Source of the DNA: an uncultured Parvularculaceae bacterium | Lineage (GTDB): Bacteria > Pseudomonadota > Alphaproteobacteria > Caulobacterales > Parvularculaceae | Reading direction: 5' to 3' | DNA: 64,000 nucleotides | Assembly: GCA_938015425.1 (NCBI GenBank) | Contig: CALLPQ010000030.1 | Coordinates: 2,649 to 66,648, forward strand | Translations under genes and position numbers: made by a program | Shown here: positions 57,954 to 64,000 of the stretch, piece after piece | Layout: the number at the start of each line of letters is the position of its first letter | How positions within the stretch are numbered: position 1 is the stretch's first letter | Notes under the pieces: generated by a model | The model's input: only the letters and a program-made list of their open reading frames with translations | Database searches by the model: none | What the model was told of the DNA's origin: nothing

Positions 57954-58841
57954 ATGAAAATTGCAATATTGGAAACAGGGTCACCATCAAAAACATTGGT
58001 TGAACGCCATGGCGGTTATGCACATATGTTTCAACAAGCCTTTGACGAGGCCGGGTGTGATATTTCTTTTAACCATTATCGCGTTTTTGAAAATAATGTT
58101 TTTCCAGCACTTGGCGCTTATGACGGATATATTATTTCGGGATCTCCGTTTGGGGTTTATGAAGATCATGATTTTATTGCTCCCCTTACAGACTATATAA
58201 AAATTGCCCTTGAGGCCGATATTCCTATAGTGGGGATTTGTTTTGGGCACCAACTTATGGCGCGTGCCTTTGGGGCGCGGGTTGAAAAATCCGAAAATGG
58301 TTGGGGCGTGGGGGTGCACCATTATAAAACCTCTATGCCCATAGATAAAATGCCCCAATGGGTTCAAAAGTCTAAATGGATACAACAAGCCGCAAAGGCG
58401 GGTGACAAGATGGGCGCAATGTCTTGTGTTGTGTCCCACCAAGATCAGGTATTGGAAACGCCTGAAAATGCTGAATGTCTAGCGGGGTCTGATTTTTGCC
58501 CCAATGGTGTTTTGCTTTATAAGAATGGCATGGGGGTTTCTTTCCAAATGCACCCTGAATTTACCCATGATTTTTCACGAGACCTATTAAACTCGCGCAA
58601 AGACCGCATTTTAGCTGATGTTGTCGAGGTTGCGCAAAAAAGTTTAGAGGGCGCGTCTGATCGCCAAAACATGATATTATTGTTGGCTGATTTTTTTCAT
58701 TATCATATAAATCGTAAAAAAAGCGGTATACAAAGTAATGGTGATAACATAAATGCACTCTCGAAAGATCACTCTGCAACTACAAATATAGATACGAATA
58801 CGGGCACACGACAAATTGAACAGGAGAAGCAATATGTCTGA
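57954..58841 (+). CDS. Class I glutamine amidotransferase-like protein
   Basis: Nucleophile elbow GICFGHQLMARAFG and later HPEF. Unusual hydrophilic C-terminal tail of about 50 aa. Confidence 0.75.
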   Translation: MKIAILETGSPSKTLVERHGGYAHMFQQAFDEAGCDISFNHYRVFENNVFPALGAYDGYIISGSPFGVYEDHDFIAPLTDYIKIALEADIPIVGICFGHQLMARAFGARVEKSENGWGVGVHHYKTSMPIDKMPQWVQKSKWIQQAAKAGDKMGAMSCVVSHQDQVLETPENAECLAGSDFCPNGVLLYKNGMGVSFQMHPEFTHDFSRDLLNSRKDRILADVVEVAQKSLEGASDRQNMILLLADFFHYHINRKKSGIQSNGDNINALSKDHSATTNIDTNTGTRQIEQEKQYV

Positions 58842-59481
58842 TATGACACTTTATATCGGGAATAAAAACCTATCATCATGGTCGCTGCGCCCATGGATGT
58901 TGTTAAAACATAGCCGGATTGATTTTCGGGAGGTTTTAATCCCCCTTGATAAGCCTGAAAGTAATGCTGAAATTCTGCGCCATTCCCCCTCTGGCTTGGT
59001 GCCAGCGCTTGTTCATAATGGGCAAACTGTTTGGGACTCATTAGGAATATGTGAATATTTAAATGATTTGTATCCTGAGAAAAACCTCTGGCCAGCAGAC
59101 AGGAAAATAAGAGCCGTTGCACGGTGTATTTCATCGGAAATGCATGGGGGTTTTCCTGATTTGCGCCAAGCATGGCCCATGAATTATACGCGTAATGCGA
59201 TGAGCCATTTGGCCTCTCCCGCTGTTAGCAATGATATTCAACGTATTATTGATATATGGTCTATGTGCCGAAAGCGTTTTCATCAATATGGCCCGTTTTT
59301 GTTTGGCCAGTTTTCTATTGCGGATGCAATGTATGCGCCGGTGGTTTCAAGATTTCGCACCTATGGCCCACTTGATCTAAGTGACATGGTTGTTGATTAT
59401 TGCCAGACTATTTGGTCCCTACCGGCAATGCGTGAATGGGGCGAAGGGGCAAAGCAGGAAATTATGATGGAAGGGGCGTAA
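58834..59481 (+). CDS. Glutathione S-transferase (YfcF-like)
   Basis: MTLYIGNKNLSSWSLRPW...SPSGLVPAL...WDSLGICEYL. AGGAGA SD. Overlaps the upstream stop (ATGTCTGA). Confidence 0.8.
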   Translation: MSDMTLYIGNKNLSSWSLRPWMLLKHSRIDFREVLIPLDKPESNAEILRHSPSGLVPALVHNGQTVWDSLGICEYLNDLYPEKNLWPADRKIRAVARCISSEMHGGFPDLRQAWPMNYTRNAMSHLASPAVSNDIQRIIDIWSMCRKRFHQYGPFLFGQFSIADAMYAPVVSRFRTYGPLDLSDMVVDYCQTIWSLPAMREWGEGAKQEIMMEGA

Positions 59482-59488
59482 GACCCCC

Positions 59489-60253
59489 TCAAGATAGAGT
59501 GGTTTCACCTTTGGGCGGGCTTTGATTATTGGTCATGCTACGGACAAACCGGGAGTGCCTATCTCTTGTGGCCTCGATAAAAATAACACTTAAAATATAA
59601 GTGCCCGCCAAAGCCACGCCCTTCACGGTGCCGGAAATTTTTGAGACGCCAATGCGCTTAGAATAATTCACGGGGGTTTCCGTGACTTTAAGCCCTGCTT
59701 TAAGGGCGCGTATCTGCATTTGAATGGTCCACCCATAGGTGAGGGCGTCCATGTTTAAAGCGGTTAGGCCATCCTTCCGGATTGCCCGAAAGGGGCCTAA
59801 ATCCGTATAGGGTGCTTTCCATATTATTTTCATTAGGCGGCAAGCCAACCAATTGCCAAATTTTTGCGGGAATGTTAAAGCGCCGTCTTCAACCACGCCG
59901 CTAAGACGTGAGCCAATAACCATATCGAATTCCTGATCGAGGATGGGTTTGATTAGCTTTGGTAAATCTTGTGGATTATCGGCTGCGTCGCCATCCATAA
60001 AAACCAGAATATTGGCTGTTTTTGCTGCATCCATGCCCGCAAGGCAGGCTCGGCCATATCCCGGCACTGTTTCACTCACAACAACGGCGCCTGCTTGTTT
60101 GGCGTTTAAAGCCGTATCATCCGTAGACCCATTATCACAAACGATCACTTCATTAACGTAATCTTTTACGGAATGAATAACCTGCGCTATGGAAGCTTCT
60201 TCGTTAAGGGCAGGTATTATTACGCTAATTTTAGGGAGGGATAAATCACCCAT
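59489..60253 (-). CDS. GT2 polyprenyl-phosphate glycosyltransferase
   Basis: ISVIIPALNEE...VCDNGSTDDT...FMDGDAADNP. The ATG overlaps the upstream stop (ATGGGTGA). Confidence 0.8.
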   Translation of the reverse strand: MGDLSLPKISVIIPALNEEASIAQVIHSVKDYVNEVIVCDNGSTDDTALNAKQAGAVVVSETVPGYGRACLAGMDAAKTANILVFMDGDAADNPQDLPKLIKPILDQEFDMVIGSRLSGVVEDGALTFPQKFGNWLACRLMKIIWKAPYTDLGPFRAIRKDGLTALNMDALTYGWTIQMQIRALKAGLKVTETPVNYSKRIGVSKISGTVKGVALAGTYILSVIFIEATRDRHSRFVRSMTNNQSPPKGETTLS

Positions 60254-61787
60254 GGTCTTTTTCCTTTTGGGGGATGTGTTTTGCTCTAATAAAGCCAAAA
60301 GCGATAAATAAAAGGGGAATACCAAACTCTATCGGCACAATGATGCTATTAAAAAACCAGTTATATCCAGCCTCATAGAGGGGGAAGCGCAAATAATAAA
60401 GGGGCAGAAAGGCGGTAAGTATGATCAGCCCAAAAGCTGGATGGTAAAATGATGTTTGATTTGTTTTGTATGTGTTTGCGTTCTTGTTGTTTGCCCCCGC
60501 TAGAACCAGAGGGACGAAAGATAAAAACCAGATGGAATACCAAGGATAGCCAGCGGGCGCTAAAAAGAACATAGCAGCAATGATTATTAAAAGAATAGCA
60601 GGCAATTTTTTTGCATCATGGTTTGTAACGGAAATAATCAAAGTGGTGAGCGTGATACTACAAGCAATCAAAATGCGCGCCCATATTCCGGTTTCGTCTC
60701 CCGCCAGTGCAGTGAGATGACTTAAAACGGAAAATAAAAAACTATTTTTATGCCATTCCTGACTATAAGCGCCGAGCCCGCTATCAGCGTGGTGGGCACT
60801 AATTAATAAGGGGTATAATGATAATATGGTGCATAGTAATATGGGGATGAGATATGAAATGATCGTTGATTTATGCTGAAATAGATTGTGGATATTTAGG
60901 CGCGTTTTTATTAAAGGGGGGATAAATAAAGGGATTAACAATAGGGGCCATATCTTAATGGATATCGCAATTCCCAACATGGTTCCGGTTAGAATTGGTT
61001 TTTGTTTATATGTGAAATAAAGACACGACAATAAAGCGGGTACAAGTAGGATATCCATATGTCCCGAATTAAATCCTTCTAAAATAACAATCGGATTTAA
61101 CCAATATAGGCTTGCCCATAAAATATTTTGTTGGTGGAAAAGCAAAAGTTTTATGATTAAAAAAACCGCCAGACTGTCAAAAAATAATAAGACCAGCCGC
61201 CAACTGTTTAAATTAAAGGGCGTGATTGCGTTGGCGATGCGAAAAGCCAGTTGCGCCCCCGCGGGATAAATTGTGGTAAGATAGGGATAATTGGTTTTAT
61301 AGGCGAAATAGTCGTTTTGGGTGGAGAGTTGGTTTAATTGTTTGATTTGCGGATCGTCCGATAAAAAATCAGTGTGTGATAAGTCTTTTTCTTCAAAAGC
61401 AGCCGCAGGGGGGTGTTTAAACGGGTTGATATTTTCAGCCGATACCGCGCCATCCCATAAATATCGAAACCAGTCATCTTCTAAAATAGGGGGGGTCTGG
61501 AACATCACCAAGCGGGCTAAAAAACCTAATGAAATGATCAAAACCATTAAAGTGAAGCGTGTTTTTGTTAAAACCCCTCTTGTGTAATTCTTGAAGTGTG
61601 GGGTGGTGGCCAACAAAAAAAGCCCGAACCCACAAAGGCCTGCCAGCAATGCATATAAGATTATGGGCGTTAAATCAGGAAAAACATCATAGGCCACATA
61701 GGGACTAAATATTGCAATGCTGCCATAGAATATCATGATAAGGAGCATTAAAAATAATAGATTTAGGTTTTTTTGAATAAAGTTCAT
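60246..61787 (-). CDS. Polytopic GT-C-like membrane glycosyltransferase (DUF2029/GT87-like)
   Basis: More than 10 TM segments. Early loop EDDWFRYLWDGAVSAENINPF carries an acidic motif. Very AT-rich gene. Confidence 0.6.
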   Translation of the reverse strand: MNFIQKNLNLLFLMLLIMIFYGSIAIFSPYVAYDVFPDLTPIILYALLAGLCGFGLFLLATTPHFKNYTRGVLTKTRFTLMVLIISLGFLARLVMFQTPPILEDDWFRYLWDGAVSAENINPFKHPPAAAFEEKDLSHTDFLSDDPQIKQLNQLSTQNDYFAYKTNYPYLTTIYPAGAQLAFRIANAITPFNLNSWRLVLLFFDSLAVFLIIKLLLFHQQNILWASLYWLNPIVILEGFNSGHMDILLVPALLSCLYFTYKQKPILTGTMLGIAISIKIWPLLLIPLFIPPLIKTRLNIHNLFQHKSTIISYLIPILLCTILSLYPLLISAHHADSGLGAYSQEWHKNSFLFSVLSHLTALAGDETGIWARILIACSITLTTLIISVTNHDAKKLPAILLIIIAAMFFLAPAGYPWYSIWFLSFVPLVLAGANNKNANTYKTNQTSFYHPAFGLIILTAFLPLYYLRFPLYEAGYNWFFNSIIVPIEFGIPLLFIAFGFIRAKHIPQKEKDHG

Positions 61788-62207
61788 TTAATGCCCAGTT
61801 TAAAAAAGCGCACAAAACTCTAATACGGTATGGTTGATGCCTTCTAACCTTGTTTGGCGTTTAAGTCCGATTAGATATTTAGGGTGCATTTGTACTATAA
61901 GCAGGCGGTAACCCCTGTAAATAGTCGGTTTATCACCAATATGTGAAAGTATAATCGGGGTTGGTCTCGTTAAGGTGGGTGATCATCAAGTTCTGGTGAG
62001 ATAACTGAAAAGTCACTTTGATATACATCACGGATTGTTATATTATCATTATTAAAGAAAACCCTGATTTGGTGTCTCGATTACGTTCATATCTTTAAAT
62101 TAATTCGATTATTAGATATGCTTAATGTTAAATGATATTAGATTAAGGGATTATTTTTAAAAGTTTAAAAACACGCTAAAGCCATGTTTAATTAATGGGA
62201 ATATAAA

Positions 62208-63050
62208 ATGTCTAATTCTATTATACGTATGCGAATAATTAATAAATCTATTACGACTGTGCTTTTGGGCTTAGTCTTATTGGGGGCATTGGTATGGATG
62301 ATCCCTGCGTCAGCTCAAGGAAAGTTGGCCCGGTTTGGTGAGTTTGCGCCCGAGGCAACCGCAAAATATGATCACTCAACATTTGATGGGTTTCTCGGTA
62401 AATATATTGCAACCACGGATGATAATCGCACAATCGTTAACTATAAAAGTGTCAGTCAAGAAGATGCGCAGCAATTGGAAAATTATATTGACCAATTAGA
62501 AGCAACAGATGTGAAAACCTTAAGCAAGGCGCAGGCTTATGTTTACTGGATTAATTTTTATAACGCTTTAACAATTAAAGTGATCTTGGATGAATATCCC
62601 CTTAGCAGCATTAAAAAGATTAATTTTGGTTTTGGCCCATGGGGTAAAAAACTGGCCAGAGTGAACGGTGTTCGTATTACCCTCAATAATATCGAGCATG
62701 ACATTCTTCGAGCCCATTGGAGTGATCCTCGCACACATTATTCTGTAAACTGCGCATCTTACGGATGCCCTAATTTACAGCCCGTTGCCTATACGGTGGA
62801 TAATGTAGAAGAATTATTAGAAAAAGGTGCCATAGATTTTATTAACCATCCTCGCGGTATTTCGGTTGATGCAAATGGCAATATTCAGGCCTCATCAATC
62901 TATGAATGGTACCAAGTGGATTTTGGCGATAGTGAACAAGGTGTGCTTGAACATGTAAGAAAATATGCAAGTGAAGACCTATTGGCTAAACTTGACGGTA
63001 AAAATGATATTGCCCGCTTTGACTATGGTTGGGATTTAAACGAAAAATAA
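62208..63050 (+). CDS. DUF547-domain protein (secreted)
   Basis: YWINFYNALTIKVILDEYPLSSIKKI...LNNIEHDILR...DPRTHYSVNCASYGCPNL. Confidence 0.8.
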   Translation: MSNSIIRMRIINKSITTVLLGLVLLGALVWMIPASAQGKLARFGEFAPEATAKYDHSTFDGFLGKYIATTDDNRTIVNYKSVSQEDAQQLENYIDQLEATDVKTLSKAQAYVYWINFYNALTIKVILDEYPLSSIKKINFGFGPWGKKLARVNGVRITLNNIEHDILRAHWSDPRTHYSVNCASYGCPNLQPVAYTVDNVEELLEKGAIDFINHPRGISVDANGNIQASSIYEWYQVDFGDSEQGVLEHVRKYASEDLLAKLDGKNDIARFDYGWDLNEK

Positions 63051-63122
63051 ACGACTTCCCTCGGGGACGGAGTTTTAAAACATTCCACATAGCCTTCATA
63101 GGCGAAATTATTCTGGCGGCTC

Positions 63123-64000
63123 TTAAAATGTGAATTTTAGGCCGCCAGAAACCGTTCTGGGGTTGCCGGGGCGGGCCCGCCCATTAGGGGCAAAGCTTGG
63201 CGCATCAGCAAAAACCGGAAATAAAGTATCGGTGATATTTTCAATACGCAGGTCAATCGATAAATTATCCCTGATTCGCCATTGCCCGAAAATGCTTAAT
63301 ATAAATTCATTGTCCGTGAATGACGTGTTTGCGTCATTGAGGGCCCAACGGCCAATATGACGAAGCCGGGCCGTAAGGCTTAAGGCTTGATACGCTGGGG
63401 GAACCCAATTCAAATTTAAATTTGCAATAGTGCGCGGGGCTTCGCTGATTAAATTACCGTCAAAAGGGTCGGGGCCGTCTGCTGCAAATTGCCGGAAGCG
63501 AAAGTCTTGAAAAGCAAATGCTGTATCAAGTGAAAACCCTGCGCCCAATTGCGCGTTTGATGATAATTCGATACCTGAAAACCTTGAGGACCCGGCATTA
63601 ATAGAAATATTTCCCGCTGCTGTTTGCACATCTGTGATGACGCCATCCCGGCTGACCGACCAATAACCGATTAACTCAACCGCAATGCGGTTTGAATTAT
63701 AGCGCCAACCAACTTCACCAGAATCCAGCTTTTCAGGCTCGAGGGAAAATTCTGCTTGGCCGTCTTCTAATTCGTATAGGTCACTTTCGCGCGGAATTCT
63801 AAAGCCTCTTGCATAACGCCCGAAAAAACTATGTTTTTCGTTCAGCGTCCAGACGATGCCGGCTTTGGGGCTTAATGCGTCAAACCGGTCAATCCGGTCA
63901 GCCACTTGGAAACGCGCATCCCCCGGTGTTTCAAGAAGGGCATTGTCAAAATCATACCTTAAATTGTCATATCGTAAGCCCAGATTGATCGTGAGAGAAC
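63123..64000 (-). CDS. TonB-dependent receptor, C-terminal barrel portion; 5' end outside window
   Basis: The frame stays open through 63905 to the window edge (...LTINLGLRYDNLRYDFDN...). Terminal GGLKFTF. The M at 63905 in the ORF track is an internal GTG. Confidence 0.85.
   Translation of the reverse strand, partial: SLTINLGLRYDNLRYDFDNALLETPGDARFQVADRIDRFDALSPKAGIVWTLNEKHSFFGRYARGFRIPRESDLYELEDGQAEFSLEPEKLDSGEVGWRYNSNRIAVELIGYWSVSRDGVITDVQTAAGNISINAGSSRFSGIELSSNAQLGAGFSLDTAFAFQDFRFRQFAADGPDPFDGNLISEAPRTIANLNLNWVPPAYQALSLTARLRHIGRWALNDANTSFTDNEFILSIFGQWRIRDNLSIDLRIENITDTLFPVFADAPSFAPNGRARPGNPRTVSGGLKFTF

Noticed and set aside
57622-63050. tRNA-Arg-anchored genomic island or prophage
   Set aside because: I saw no integrase, excisionase or phage genes, and no direct repeat of the tRNA 3' end downstream. 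Only the AT-richness remains, and that is reported as a low-weight observation.

Overview
This 64-kb chromosomal segment reads like a moderately AT-rich, probably marine alphaproteobacterium. Supporting genes are DUF1013, an NDUFS4-like ETC subunit, CobT, MlaC, CcmG and a VPLPA-CTERM cargo protein. I call about 46 protein genes and 2 tRNAs (Met-CAU, Arg-UCU). I saw no rRNA, CRISPR array, transposase, integrase or phage genes. All functional calls come from motif recognition by eye; no database search was possible.

Gene content, start to end:
- A DUF11/SdrD-B surface protein, truncated at the window edge, coupled to a 1169-aa outer-membrane barrel protein.
- An Arn/Rgt/Gtr-like envelope glycosylation locus: two GT39 GT-C enzymes, a GT2, and a small 4-TM protein.
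- A c-di-GMP protein with a degenerate GGDEF and an intact EAL domain.
- An xthA / RecD-Dda-like helicase pair, then yidD, ndk and phoD.
- Two amidohydrolases, the second with a degenerate metal site.
- nsrR-hmp, then an OxyR-like LysR regulator divergent from a SulP permease.
- mdh and gcdH.
- A complete bkdA1-bkdA2-bkdB-lpdV operon.
- cobT, then a degenerate-EAL protein fused to about 650 aa of acidic low-complexity sequence.
- nadK, a lone egtB-like sulfoxide synthase, and a 951-aa M14 peptidase.
- A second GT2 + GT-C pair, DUF547, and a truncated TonB-dependent receptor.

The most unusual signals are non-genic:
- A dispersed ~90-130 bp repeat family has at least 6 units at 4 loci. Each locus lies 3' of a stop codon in the same relative orientation.
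- Many short tandem repeats with 13-18 bp units sit at or just upstream of start codons. They include two mutually inverted 13-bp-period arrays upstream of gcdH.
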